A stretch of DNA of 32,000 nt from Synechococcus elongatus PCC 6301 (GTDB lineage: Bacteria > Cyanobacteriota > Cyanobacteriia > Synechococcales > Synechococcaceae), in assembly GCF_000010065.1 (NCBI RefSeq), contig NC_006576.1, forward strand, positions 2,400,001-2,432,000, given 5' to 3'. Position 1 is the stretch's first letter; the number at the start of each line of letters is the position of its first letter. A program made the position numbers and the translations under genes. Positions 16,031-24,893 of this stretch are shown one piece after another. The notes beneath the pieces were generated by a model. It made no database searches, was not told the DNA's origin, and was given only the letters and a program-made list of their open reading frames with translations.

Positions 16031-17194
16031 GTGGATATCCAACTGGGGCGCGGCAAGACCGTCCGCAGAGCTTACGGCATTGACGAAATTGCGCTTGTAC
16101 CGGGCGATCGCACGGTAGACCCTGCTGTGACCGACACCCGCTGGACGATCGGCGGAATCGAGCGGGAAATTCCGATTCTGGCCAGTGCCATGGACGGCGT
16201 TGTCGACGTCAAAATGGCGGTGCGTCTCTCACAATTGGGAGCGATCGGGGTGATCAACCTTGAAGGCATCCAAACGCGCTACGAAGATCCAGAGCCGATC
16301 CTCGATCGTATTGCCTCGGTTGGTCCAACTGAGTTTGTGCCCTTGATGCAGGAACTCTACGCCGTTCCAGTCCAAGAGTCTCTGATCCGCAAGCGGATTG
16401 CCGAAGTCAAATCCCAAGGTGGCATTGCTGCAGTCAGTGCGACACCAGCCGGTGCTGCAAAATTTGGCCCTGTCGTTGCTGAAGCCGGTGCTGACCTCTT
16501 CTTCATTCAGGCAACGGTCGTTTCGACTGATCACGTTGCCCCCGAGGGGGTTGAACCGCTCGATTTGGCTGCTTTCTGTCAGTCGATGCCCATTCCAGTG
16601 ATCTTGGGCAACTGCGTCACCTATGACGTTACCCTGAAGCTGCTGAAAGCTGGCGCCGCTGGCATTTTGGTCGGCATTGGCCCCGGTGCAGCCTGTACTT
16701 CGCGCGGGGTTCTGGGCGTTGGGATTCCCCAAGCGACTGCTGTCTCGGACTGTGCAGCGGCTCGCGACGACTACGAGCGGGAAACTGGTCGCTATGTACC
16801 GATCATTGCGGATGGTGGCCTAATCACCGGTGGTGATATCTGCAAGTGTATTGCTTGCGGTGCCGATGCTGTGATGATTGGCTCTCCCTTCGCACGAGCT
16901 GCAGAAGCGCCGGGTCGTGGCTTCCACTGGGGGATGGCGACACCGAGCCCCGTCTTGCCGCGCGGTACCCGTATCAAGGTAGGCACCACCGGCACGCTCG
17001 AACAAATCCTGCGCGGACCCGCACAACTGGATGATGGCACTCATAATTTCCTGGGTGCCCTGAAAACCAGTATGGGAACGTTGGGCGCGCAAACCCTCAA
17101 GGAAATGCAACAGGTTTCTGTGGTGATTGCGCCTTCCCTGCTGACGGAAGGGAAGGTCTACCAGAAAGCTCAGCAACTGGGGATGGGCAAATAA
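16031..17194 (+). CDS. IMP dehydrogenase-family protein lacking the CBS insert (GuaB3-like)
   Basis: The N-terminus DIQLGRGKTVRRAYGIDEIALVPG and the TIM-barrel motifs (ILASAMDGV, IIADGGL.TGGDI.KC.A.GADAVMIGS) fit the IMPDH-related family. GTG 16031 is preferred and TTG 16016 is the alternative. Confidence 0.85.
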   Translation: MDIQLGRGKTVRRAYGIDEIALVPGDRTVDPAVTDTRWTIGGIEREIPILASAMDGVVDVKMAVRLSQLGAIGVINLEGIQTRYEDPEPILDRIASVGPTEFVPLMQELYAVPVQESLIRKRIAEVKSQGGIAAVSATPAGAAKFGPVVAEAGADLFFIQATVVSTDHVAPEGVEPLDLAAFCQSMPIPVILGNCVTYDVTLKLLKAGAAGILVGIGPGAACTSRGVLGVGIPQATAVSDCAAARDDYERETGRYVPIIADGGLITGGDICKCIACGADAVMIGSPFARAAEAPGRGFHWGMATPSPVLPRGTRIKVGTTGTLEQILRGPAQLDDGTHNFLGALKTSMGTLGAQTLKEMQQVSVVIAPSLLTEGKVYQKAQQLGMGK

Positions 17195-17207
17195 AGCAAA
17201 TCAGCCT

Positions 17208-17227
17208 ACATGAGCGATCGCTCATGT
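17208..17227. repeat. 20-nt perfect palindrome built around a HIP1 core
   Basis: ACATGAGCGA|TCGCTCATGT begins 14 nt after the IMPDH-family stop. No T-tract follows it. Confidence 0.9.
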
Positions 17228-17339
17228 GGGTATGAAGAAACCGCTGCGGCCCAAAAGTTCTTGCGGCGCTCTGGAAAAGCATCACTTAGAATGAGGTTAG
17301 CGGAGACAAATGTTTCCGTTCACTCCTCACACCACACTT

Positions 17340-17366
17340 CGCCCGGGCAACGCTCGGGCGTTTTTT
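17340..17366 (+). terminator. rho-independent terminator in the IMPDH-family/trxA spacer
   Basis: CGCCCGGG (17340-17347), loop CAACG, CTCGGGCG (17353-17360, one G-U pair), then TTTTTT (17361-17366). It lies 146 nt after the upstream stop and 134 nt before trxA. Confidence 0.75.
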
Positions 17367-17499
17367 ATGCGATCGCCCCTAAAACTCTGATCCCCATTGT
17401 TAACCCACTTATGAATTCTTTCGTTTCCTAGCAGACAGGGTCATGAGACATCCGCTATCTTAGGATTTTAATGACCTGATCCAAGCAAAGGCTGAACCT

Positions 17500-17823
17500 A
17501 TGTCAGTAGCTGCCGCTGTGACAGACGCCACTTTCAAGCAAGAAGTGCTCGAAAGTAGTATTCCGGTACTGGTTGATTTTTGGGCGCCTTGGTGTGGACC
17601 TTGTCGGATGGTTGCTCCTGTTGTCGATGAGATTGCTCAGCAATATTCCGATCAAGTCAAAGTTGTCAAAGTCAACACGGACGAAAACCCCAGCGTTGCG
17701 AGTCAGTATGGGATTCGTAGCATCCCAACGCTGATGATCTTTAAAGATGGTCAGCGGGTAGATACGGTTGTTGGTGCTGTTCCCAAAACCACCTTGGCGA
17801 ACACGCTAGATAAACATCTCTAG
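17500..17823 (+). CDS. trxA: thioredoxin
   Basis: 107 aa with the WAPWCGPCR active site and the canonical thioredoxin fold pattern (VLVDFWA...[14 protein letters not shown]). Confidence 0.95.
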   Translation: MSVAAAVTDATFKQEVLESSIPVLVDFWAPWCGPCRMVAPVVDEIAQQYSDQVKVVKVNTDENPSVASQYGIRSIPTLMIFKDGQRVDTVVGAVPKTTLANTLDKHL

Positions 17824-17862
17824 GATGTTTTTCTTGCTTTAACGTAACGTCTTCTTCATGTC

Positions 17863-17893
17863 AGCGCCTTGAGTTTTCCTCAGGGCGCTTTTG
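17863..17893 (+). terminator. rho-independent terminator after trxA
   Basis: AGCGCCTTGAG (17863-17873), loop TTTTC, CTCAGGGCGCT (17879-17889, one G-U pair), then TTTTGTG. Confidence 0.65.
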
Positions 17894-17953
17894 TGTGCTT
17901 GAGCCCTAATGATCGCCACGATCATCGGTGGTCTTTGCACAATAATTCCTAAC

Positions 17954-17975
17954 AAAAAACCCCAAAAATTGGGGG
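17954..17975 (-). terminator. possible terminator for the hisA transcription unit
   Basis: The minus strand reads CCCCAA-TTT-TTGGGG followed by TTTTTTG (plus-strand A6 at 17954-17959). The stem is only 6 bp. It lies about 100 nt downstream of the hisA stop. Confidence 0.45.
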
Positions 17976-18074
17976 TGTAGTGCTTCTGCTGTGACGAACG
18001 CTCAAGTTATGAAGAAAATATTGCAGGCACTCAGGAATAACTGCACAGAAATTTTGATTTTCTTAACCTTTGGC

Positions 18075-18845
18075 TTAAGCCAAGCGGGAGGAATCATCCA
18101 CGGCCACATCTTGCCAGCGTCCTGAACCGATCGCCCGTAGGGCCTCTTGGAGATCGACGGCACCGGTATAGAGAGCTTTGCCAACGATCACGCCGCTCAC
18201 CCCTTGGGCCTCGAGGGGCAGCAAGCTGAGGAGATCAGTTAGCGATCCGACACCACCCGACGCAATGACCGGAATGGAGACTGCAGCCGCGATCGCCCGC
18301 AATTCCTCCAGGTTCGGACCTTGAAGCGTGCCATCTCGCCCAATGTCGGTGCAGATCAGTGCGCAAGCGCCCAAGTCTGCCATCTGCTGTGCCAGTGCAA
18401 CGGCTGTGAGCCCAGAATCTTCCAGCCAGCCCCTTGTGGCGACTTTGCCGCTGCGGGCATCGATCCCCACGGCAATCTGACCCGGAAATTCCCCAGCTAA
18501 GGCTTCAACGAGCGCTGGCCTTTCGACCGCCACAGTCCCGAGAATGGCCCGTTCAACCCCGCTGTCAAGCAGGCGAGCCACGGTGTCGCGATCGCGCAGG
18601 CCGCCCCCCACTTGAACCGGAATTGAGAGCCGTTGCGCGATCGTTGCGATCGCCTCCGCATTGACAGGTGAACCCTCCTTGGCACCATCTAGGTCGACCA
18701 AGTGCAGACGCTGGGCTCCGGCTTCGGCCCAGCGCAAGGCCATTCCCACGGGATCTTTGCCGTAGACTTCCGCCTGATCGTAATCCCCTTGGAAAAGGCG
18801 TACGCACTGCCCTCCGAGGAGGTCAATGGCTGGGATTACGTCCAT
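18075..18845 (-). CDS. hisA: 1-(5-phosphoribosyl)-5-[(5-phosphoribosylamino)methylideneamino]imidazole-4-carboxamide isomerase
   Basis: Contains the [23 protein letters not shown]-terminus and the duplicated (beta-alpha)4 phosphate-binding motifs (VGGGLR, ASGGVGS). Confidence 0.9.
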   Translation of the reverse strand: MDVIPAIDLLGGQCVRLFQGDYDQAEVYGKDPVGMALRWAEAGAQRLHLVDLDGAKEGSPVNAEAIATIAQRLSIPVQVGGGLRDRDTVARLLDSGVERAILGTVAVERPALVEALAGEFPGQIAVGIDARSGKVATRGWLEDSGLTAVALAQQMADLGACALICTDIGRDGTLQGPNLEELRAIAAAVSIPVIASGGVGSLTDLLSLLPLEAQGVSGVIVGKALYTGAVDLQEALRAIGSGRWQDVAVDDSSRLA

Positions 18846-18878
18846 GGAACTGACTTGAAACCTGCAGGATCTAGGCTA

Positions 18879-19136
18879 TCAGTCAGACTCAGCTGTCTCG
18901 GCAGCGGCGATCGCTTGTAACGGCTGCCAACCGGGCTGCCAGAGGTCGCGATCGCGCAGGGCTTCTGCGTTGACCCAAAATCGCACTTGTTCATCACAGG
19001 CGGCGACGAGTTCAGCAAAGACGAGCTTGCCTTGGTTTTTGCGAGTGACGACCCGAAAATGCCGCCAGCCTAGGGTTTGCTGCTGAGCTGTCCACTGGGA
19101 GCCCACCAAGAAGGGAAATCGTTGCTTACGTGCCAT
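18879..19136 (-). CDS. small Trp-rich conserved protein (TIGR02450-like)
   Basis: 85 aa with the pattern GSQWTA...GWRHFRV...FWVNAEALRDRDLWQPGW. The ATG directly abuts the stop of the upstream gene. Confidence 0.6.
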   Translation of the reverse strand: MARKQRFPFLVGSQWTAQQQTLGWRHFRVVTRKNQGKLVFAELVAACDEQVRFWVNAEALRDRDLWQPGWQPLQAIAAAETAESD

Positions 19137-19763
19137 TTAGTAAAACTGTACGGCAGTGACTTGGCTGCCGCGAATGGTTAGCAGGGGACTGACCTCAGGG
19201 TTGATCCGCTGCCAGAGTTCTTGGCGACCTTCAGTACCGGCGACAACCTGCCGACGTTGATAGCCGCTGGCTTCGAGGAGTGCTGCAGCGTCATCAGGAG
19301 CGAGGCCCAGCAGTTGATTGCGCAGGGTCACAATTTGAAGCGCTTTGGTCGGCCCCCATGCCCAACCGGCATTGGCGATTTTGCAGTCGAGTTGCCGGAG
19401 GCGATCGCCCCGCAACCAGCCCGATCGCGCCAGATCAGTCCGCAGCCCTGCACTGCCAACTGCTCCTTCAAACACGACCGGTGCCACTTGGAAATACTCG
19501 TAACCATCGACCTGATTGAGCACTCGACTGAGGACAGAGACAACAGCGCCGCTGTCTAAGCTTTGGGGGGCTGCTGAGACAGTCGCAGACGAGAGCAGAC
19601 TGCCGTAAGGACTCGCAAATAACGACACACTCTCATCGCTATAGGCCGTAATTACCCGACCCAGTTGCCCAGTCACAGCACCGCACTCTGCTTGAGCGGC
19701 TTGGGGCCAAAGACCCAAACCCAGAACTGCTGCCAAACTAAGCCAAATTCGTTTGCTTGCCAT
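19137..19763 (-). CDS. secreted or periplasmic hypothetical protein
   Basis: Carries the signal peptide MASKRIWLSLAAVLGLGLWPQAAQA. ATG 19763 is preferred over GTG 19772. No known domain recognised. Confidence 0.6.
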   Translation of the reverse strand: MASKRIWLSLAAVLGLGLWPQAAQAECGAVTGQLGRVITAYSDESVSLFASPYGSLLSSATVSAAPQSLDSGAVVSVLSRVLNQVDGYEYFQVAPVVFEGAVGSAGLRTDLARSGWLRGDRLRQLDCKIANAGWAWGPTKALQIVTLRNQLLGLAPDDAAALLEASGYQRRQVVAGTEGRQELWQRINPEVSPLLTIRGSQVTAVQFY

Positions 19764-19886
19764 GCCGATCACCTGCTCTCGCTGTATTTTGCGACTACCA
19801 GAGGATTTTGACAGCCCTATCCGCTCCTGTCAGCGTGCCCCCGAACCTGCTCTAATGGCGATCGCAGAAGGAATGAGCAAACGGGA

Positions 19887-20828
19887 ATGCGGATCCTTGT
19901 CATTGGTGGCAGTCGCTTCATTGGGGTTGCCCTCGTGCGTCAACTGCTCGCTGCTGGGCACGCCGTCACGGTCTTCAACCGCGGCAGCCGCCCTGCTCTG
20001 GCAGGCGTGGAGCAATTGGTGGGCGATCGCCAAGATCCCGCTGCTTTGGCTCAACTGCAGGGCCGATCCTTCGACGTTGTTTTTGACAACACAGGTCGCG
20101 AAGCTGCCGAAACGCAAGCTCTAGTAGCTAGCCTTGACGGCCAGTTCCAACAGTTGATCTACGTTAGCTCGGCCGGCGTCTATGCCGCCAGTGATCAGCT
20201 GCCGCTGCGGGAAAGCGATCCGGTCGATCCCCAAAGTCGCCATCGGGGCAAGTTCGAAACCGAAAATTGGCTCCAGCAACAAGGGCTTCCTTTCACGGCT
20301 TTCCGACCGGTCTACATTTACGGCCCCGGCAACTACAATCCGCTGGAACAGTGGTTCTTCGATCGCATTCTGCGTGATCGCCCGCTACCCATTCCCGGAA
20401 CGGGTCTGCATTTGACTCAGCTCGGACATGTCGAGGACTTGGCGACAGCGATGGTCGCTGCGGTCAAAAACCCCCGCGCGATCGGGCAGATCTACAACCT
20501 CTCCGGCGATCGCTACGTCAGCTTTGATGGCTTGGCTCGAGCCTGTGCGATCGCGGCCGGTCGCGATCCCCAAGCATTGCACTTGGTTCACTACGATCCC
20601 AAACAGCTCAATCTGGGCAAGCGCAAAGCTTTCCCGATGCGGGCTCAACACTTCATCACTGCGATCGATCAAGCTCGGCAAGATCTCGAGTGGGTGCCCC
20701 GTTTTTCACTGATCGACGGTTTGCAGAATTCCCTCCAGAACGACTATTTAGCGCGGGGACTAGATCAGCAAGCTGTGGATTTCAGCTTGGATGAGGAGAT
20801 TTTGGCGGCAGTCTCCAGCTCACCCTAG
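19887..20828 (+). CDS. NAD-dependent epimerase/dehydratase family protein (CSP41-like)
   Basis: Contains the MRILVIGGSRFIGVALVRQLL Rossmann GxxGxxG motif. Length is 313 aa, with an SDR-extended layout resembling the chloroplast CSP41 family. Confidence 0.8.
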   Translation: MRILVIGGSRFIGVALVRQLLAAGHAVTVFNRGSRPALAGVEQLVGDRQDPAALAQLQGRSFDVVFDNTGREAAETQALVASLDGQFQQLIYVSSAGVYAASDQLPLRESDPVDPQSRHRGKFETENWLQQQGLPFTAFRPVYIYGPGNYNPLEQWFFDRILRDRPLPIPGTGLHLTQLGHVEDLATAMVAAVKNPRAIGQIYNLSGDRYVSFDGLARACAIAAGRDPQALHLVHYDPKQLNLGKRKAFPMRAQHFITAIDQARQDLEWVPRFSLIDGLQNSLQNDYLARGLDQQAVDFSLDEEILAAVSSSP

Positions 20829-21343
20829 GTAGTCTTGCTTGGTCGCAGGTAAGTCCAGCCTGAGATCAAGGTCAGAGCAACGGCAATCCAAAAGCAGCCC
20901 AGCCCGAGGGGTAAAAAACGCGGACTGAGGGGTGGCAATAACAGCGCGATCGCAGCGATTTGGACAACGGTTTTGAGCTTGCCCCAGAGATTCGCGCCGC
21001 TAATTTTCGGCTGGTTGACCCGCCAACCGGCGATCGTTAGTTCCCGCGCCAAAATCAAAAACACTGCCCAGGTAGGAACCACCTGTTGGGCCACCAGCAC
21101 CAGCAAGGGTGCTAGCACCAGCAGCTTGTCGACCAAAGGGTCGAGGACTTTCCCGAGATCGCTGACCTGATTGAGGCGCCGCGCGAGCCAGCCATCCAGC
21201 CAATCGGTTGCAGCGGCTAGCAAGAAGACCACAAGGGGAACCCAAGTGGGTAAAAGACCCGGTTGCTCCATCCCCACCAGCAAAATCGGCACTGCGAAGA
21301 GGCGAGTGAGGGTCACCCATGTGGGCAGCGTGATCGTGGCCAT
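20825..21343 (-). CDS. pgsA: CDP-diacylglycerol--glycerol-3-phosphate 3-phosphatidyltransferase
   Basis: Contains the CDP-alcohol phosphatidyltransferase motif DWLDGWLARRLNQVSDLGKVLDPLVDK within a polytopic membrane protein. Confidence 0.85.
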   Translation of the reverse strand: MATITLPTWVTLTRLFAVPILLVGMEQPGLLPTWVPLVVFLLAAATDWLDGWLARRLNQVSDLGKVLDPLVDKLLVLAPLLVLVAQQVVPTWAVFLILARELTIAGWRVNQPKISGANLWGKLKTVVQIAAIALLLPPLSPRFLPLGLGCFWIAVALTLISGWTYLRPSKTT

Positions 21344-21419
21344 TCGAAAATTTTTACCCCGGTAAATTAATCGCGACGATCGCGATCCCTAAAATTAGAG
21401 CAGACCTTAGGCTTCGCCC

Positions 21420-21884
21420 ATGACTGCGACTGTTGCTGATTTCATGACCCGTGACCCGATCAGCGTGAAGCCACAGACCCCGCTGACAGAAGCGATTCGC
21501 ATCTTGGCAGACAAGCACATCAGTGGACTGCCCGTGGTGGATGAAGCGGGTCAGCTGGTTGGAGTCCTCTCAGAAACTGATCTGATGTGGCGAGAGAGTG
21601 GTGTTCCGACACCGCCGCCCTACATCCAAGTGCTCGACAGCTTTATCTACCTTGAAAATCCAGCCCGCTACGAGCAAGAGCTTCACAAAGCCCTCGGTGA
21701 AACGGTCGCAGAGGTGATGACGGCCCAACCTTTGACGATCGCAGCCGATCGCCCGCTGCCGGAGGCGGCTCGCCTCTTTAACGATCGAAAGGTGCACCGG
21801 CTGTTTGTGCTCTCTGGGGATCACCAGGTGGTCGGCGTGATCACCCGCGGTGATATTATCCGGGCGATGGCACAGGGAGCCTAG
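21420..21884 (+). CDS. CBS-domain pair protein
   Basis: Two CBS repeats (VADFMTRDPISV...ISGLPVVD and VAEVMTAQPLTI...VHRLFVL...VVGVITRGDI). Confidence 0.8.
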   Translation: MTATVADFMTRDPISVKPQTPLTEAIRILADKHISGLPVVDEAGQLVGVLSETDLMWRESGVPTPPPYIQVLDSFIYLENPARYEQELHKALGETVAEVMTAQPLTIAADRPLPEAARLFNDRKVHRLFVLSGDHQVVGVITRGDIIRAMAQGA

Positions 21885-21890
21885 GTGCGG

Positions 21891-22550
21891 ATGACTCCGG
21901 CGGAAATATCAGCTCTTCTTGATTCGGAAGACTATGGCGATCGCCTCAAGGCGTTAAATGCCATTCGCAATTTGCCGTTGGCAGATGCCTTCGAATTAAT
22001 TTGTAAAGCGATCGCGGATAGCAATCCGCGGGTTCGTTACGCTGCGGTCAGCCAACTTTCTAACCTTGGGCGTCACGATCGCGATCAAGCCCGCACGATT
22101 CTGCTCGATCGGCTGGAAAATGATTCCGAAACCGATGTGCAAGCCGCTGCCGCTGATGCGTTAGGAGCGCTGCGATTTACGGACGTCTATCCAGCGCTCG
22201 AGGCGACCTATCAGCAATCGTCCGACTGGGTTTTGCAGTTCAGCATCGTGGCCACCTTGGGAGAACTGGGCGATCGCCGCGCCTTTGATCTGCTGGCAGC
22301 GGCGATTGAATCGCCGGTTGAACTGATTCGAACAGCGGCGGTCGCCGCCCTGGGTGAACTCGGCGATGAACGAGCCGTCCCGCTACTCCTTCCCTTGGTC
22401 AGCGATGATGACTGGCAGATTCGCCATCGACTGGCGCAAGCTCTGCATCGCTTTACTCATCCCGATGCCCAGGCGGCTTTGGCCCAGCTTTCGCAAGACA
22501 AAGCGGCAGCTGTAGCTGCCGCTGCCAGGGGCGATGGTCTAGAAGCCTAG
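21891..22550 (+). CDS. nblB: HEAT-repeat (PBS-lyase-like) protein, probably the phycobilisome-degradation factor NblB
   Basis: Repeated units of the form D..VR.AA..ALG.LGD..A...L. Length from ATG 21891 is 219 aa. The NblB assignment rests on my recollection of the S. elongatus gene order and is not verified here. Confidence 0.6.
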   Translation: MTPAEISALLDSEDYGDRLKALNAIRNLPLADAFELICKAIADSNPRVRYAAVSQLSNLGRHDRDQARTILLDRLENDSETDVQAAAADALGALRFTDVYPALEATYQQSSDWVLQFSIVATLGELGDRRAFDLLAAAIESPVELIRTAAVAALGELGDERAVPLLLPLVSDDDWQIRHRLAQALHRFTHPDAQAALAQLSQDKAAAVAAAARGDGLEA

Positions 22551-22759
22551 TCTTGCGCGTTCGGGGCAACCTGCTGCTCGAGTTCAGCGATCGCAGCGTT
22601 GATCCCGGCCAAACGGGTTTTTAGGTCATCCCGCATCCAACGCAGGAAACGCAGCTTGCGTGACTTGTACTCTTGCTCTGCAGCTGAACTGCTTTCGCAG
22701 CCAAGGAAAAAGGGAAACATGGACTGCACTCCGAACTGATGTAACGGATTATTACGCAA
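22547..22759 (-). CDS. hypothetical small protein (70 aa or shorter)
   Basis: ORF with a C-terminal amphipathic or coiled segment (LKTRLAGINAAIAELEQQ). Alternative start is Met14 (22720). The stop overlaps the nblB-like stop on CTAG. Confidence 0.4.
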   Translation of the reverse strand: MRNNPLHQFGVQSMFPFFLGCESSSAAEQEYKSRKLRFLRWMRDDLKTRLAGINAAIAELEQQVAPNAQD

Positions 22760-22786
22760 CTTGCCCGACGGCGTCGGCAGTGGGGG

Positions 22787-23146
22787 CTACTTTTGAGCGA
22801 GCTGTTGCTGCAGTGTTTGGTAGCTCGGATTCTGGGGATCTAGCTTCAGCAACTGATCGAGATACTGTTGCGCTGTGTTTTTGCGGCCAAGCTGCAGCTC
22901 TAGTTGCACCAATTGTTCGAGAGCAAAGCGGTTGTTGGGCTCGCGTGCGACCACATTGCGGTAGCCCTGAATTTGTTTCAGTAGGTCCGCGCTGACCAAC
23001 CCTGCAGTCTCGGACTCCTGACTAGCCTGCCAGCTCGATTGCAGGGCGCTAAAAATGCCAACTGCGCTGGTGCCGATAAAGGCAAAACCGCTGATGTAAA
23101 CCAACAAAAGTTTGGCAATTCGGGTTTTGCGATCGCTAGCTGCCAT
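22787..23146 (-). CDS. membrane-anchored TPR-like protein (119 aa)
   Basis: N-terminal TM helix (LLLVYISGFAFIGTSAVGIF) followed by a TPR-like helical hairpin (ALEQLVQLELQLGRKNTAQQYLDQLLKLDPQNP). Confidence 0.55.
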   Translation of the reverse strand: MAASDRKTRIAKLLLVYISGFAFIGTSAVGIFSALQSSWQASQESETAGLVSADLLKQIQGYRNVVAREPNNRFALEQLVQLELQLGRKNTAQQYLDQLLKLDPQNPSYQTLQQQLAQK

Positions 23147-23315
23147 ACAGAGCCATCCGTCCTACTGGGAGAATTTTCCCAAGCGTTCATTGTCCGATAA
23201 CGACGAAAAAAGGCGGAAAACCGCCCTGCGCGCGATCGTCACAGTCGCTATGCTGGTAAGCAATCAGCCTCTTGCAGGCACAGCAAAGCCTGCAGCAGAT
23301 CTGGAGAGATTCTTC

Positions 23316-24044
23316 ATGTCCACCTCGAGCAACTTTCGAGACGCAATTCGTGAGGCCCAGACTAGCGCACTCGTGGGCCCCAGTGTGGTTCGCCGTGCCC
23401 TGCCCTTTGTGGGTGGTGGTCTTGTGCTCACCTCCGTCGGTGTTTACGGCGGGCTCGGTGTCCTGGGCAGCAACCCTAGTCTGTTCATGCCCCTGTGGAT
23501 CGGCTCAATCGTTCTACAGCTAGTGCTGTTCTTTGTTGCCCAAGGCATCGCCTCGCGCGGGAGCAATAGCACTGCCCTACCGCTATTGGCCCTGTATGGT
23601 TTGCTCACCGGCTTTTCGCTGACTGGGCTTATTAGTGTTGCCCTCGGCAGTGTCGGAATTGGCGGTCTAGGAGTCGCAGCCCTCGGCTGTGGGATCACCT
23701 TTATCTTGGCCAGCATCTTCGGGCAGAAAATGTCCGAATCGACCGGTCAAGCCTTGACCCAAACCGTCACCTTGGGTATTGGCGCTCTGTTCTTGGTGAT
23801 GCTGGTGCAGCTGATTGGCGGCATCTTCATTCCAGCCCTACGGGGTGGGCTAGAGCTTTTGATTGCTGGTGCTGGCACTGTTCTCTTTATTGGTGCCGCT
23901 TTTGTAGACTTCTACACCCTGCCGCGCACCTACCGCGACGACCAATATTTGGCTGCCGCGCTGTCGATGTATTTGACCTACATCAACCTGTTCATCTTCA
24001 TCCTGCGCTTCCTGATTGCGATTTCTGGTAACAGCCGCGACTAA
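23316..24044 (+). CDS. Bax-inhibitor-1/YccA family membrane protein
   Basis: Predicted to have seven TM helices, with the typical tail ..YLAAALSMYLTYINLFIFILRFL. ATG 23316 is preceded by GGAGAG. The longer ORF-track start at 23112 would overlap the convergent upstream gene. Confidence 0.85.
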   Translation: MSTSSNFRDAIREAQTSALVGPSVVRRALPFVGGGLVLTSVGVYGGLGVLGSNPSLFMPLWIGSIVLQLVLFFVAQGIASRGSNSTALPLLALYGLLTGFSLTGLISVALGSVGIGGLGVAALGCGITFILASIFGQKMSESTGQALTQTVTLGIGALFLVMLVQLIGGIFIPALRGGLELLIAGAGTVLFIGAAFVDFYTLPRTYRDDQYLAAALSMYLTYINLFIFILRFLIAISGNSRD

Positions 24045-24086
24045 TCACAAGGCGATCGCCGGAACCCTGAAGAAATAATCTGCATG

Positions 24087-24120
24087 ACGGTCAAGTCCAG
24101 TGAGGGCTTGGCCGTTTTGT
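24087..24120 (+). terminator. possible rho-independent terminator after the BI-1 family gene
   Basis: ACGGTCAAG (24087-24095), an 11-nt loop, CTTGGCCGT (24107-24115, one G-U pair), then TTTTGTTT. Confidence 0.45.
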
Positions 24121-24663
24121 TTAGGGTTCGGTTGAGGGGACTGAGCGATCGCGATGATAGGTGCATTGCAGCAAGCCCGTGGGATAGGACTGTGTTTTGA
24201 CCAGCTGCCAGCGCTGTTCTGGGAATGGACTTGGAAAGAGAGGAATACCGTTGCCGAGCAAGATGGGATGAATCGAGAGGATCAGTTCATCGAGACAATC
24301 GGCTGCTAAACATTGCTGCACTAGCTGACCGCCGCCGACGAGCCAGAAGTTTCGACCCGGTTGCTGCTTCAGCTGGCTGACCCAAAGGGCTGGATTACCC
24401 TGTACAACCGTTATGGCTGGATCTGCTGTTTCCGTTAGCGATCGCGAAAAAACATAGATTTGGCAGCCTGGATAGGGGTCGTCACTCAGGCTCATGGAGA
24501 GTTCGTAGGTCTTGCGACCCATCAATACTGTGTCGATTTGGCTATAAAACTCGCTGTAGCCATAGTCTGCATCGTCAAACAGCCAATCGATGCCCTCATT
24601 GCGACGCGCAATGTAGCCATCCAAACTGGTTGCAATGAAGAGAATCAAACGCCGCTCAGTCAT
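24121..24663 (-). CDS. dihydrofolate reductase-like (RibD C-terminal domain) protein
   Basis: RRLILFIATSLDGYIA...VLMGRKTYE...FWLVGGGQL matches the RibD_C/DHFR-like fold. Met15 (24663) is preferred as the start. Confidence 0.75.
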   Translation of the reverse strand: MTERRLILFIATSLDGYIARRNEGIDWLFDDADYGYSEFYSQIDTVLMGRKTYELSMSLSDDPYPGCQIYVFSRSLTETADPAITVVQGNPALWVSQLKQQPGRNFWLVGGGQLVQQCLAADCLDELILSIHPILLGNGIPLFPSPFPEQRWQLVKTQSYPTGLLQCTYHRDRSVPSTEP

Positions 24664-24819
24664 GGTGCTCAGCAATATCGAGGAAGGCGGGGTGATCGCC
24701 CCCATGACTGTAGCAACCTAGGGCGAAGGGCCCCGCAGCACTGGCATTGAATCACTCGTTAGACTGCGCCGCGATTGCACTGGAGCTGAGGCATCGCTGA
24801 CTTGGGACCCAATTTTTGC

Positions 24820-24847
24820 TTGACGCGTTCAGGAAGCGCGCTATGAT
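24820..24847 (+). promoter_or_regulatory. near-consensus sigma-70-type promoter upstream of the signalling cluster
   Basis: TTGACG (24820-24825), a 16-nt spacer, then TATGAT (24842-24847). Confidence 0.45.
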
Positions 24848-24893
24848 TCGGCAGCATTCCAGCGCTTCAAAACGGCTCAAACAGCCGCTTCCC

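Noticed and set aside
18002-18184. 60-aa minus-strand ORF overlapping the hisA 3' end
   Set aside because: It is out of frame with hisA over 110 nt and extends into an AT-rich terminator region. No motif was found.
23112-23315. Upstream extension of the BI-1 family ORF (start at 23112)
   Set aside because: It would overlap the 5' end of the opposite-strand 119-aa gene and adds a non-membrane, non-conserved leader. ATG 23316 has a GGAGAG site upstream and begins the conserved region.
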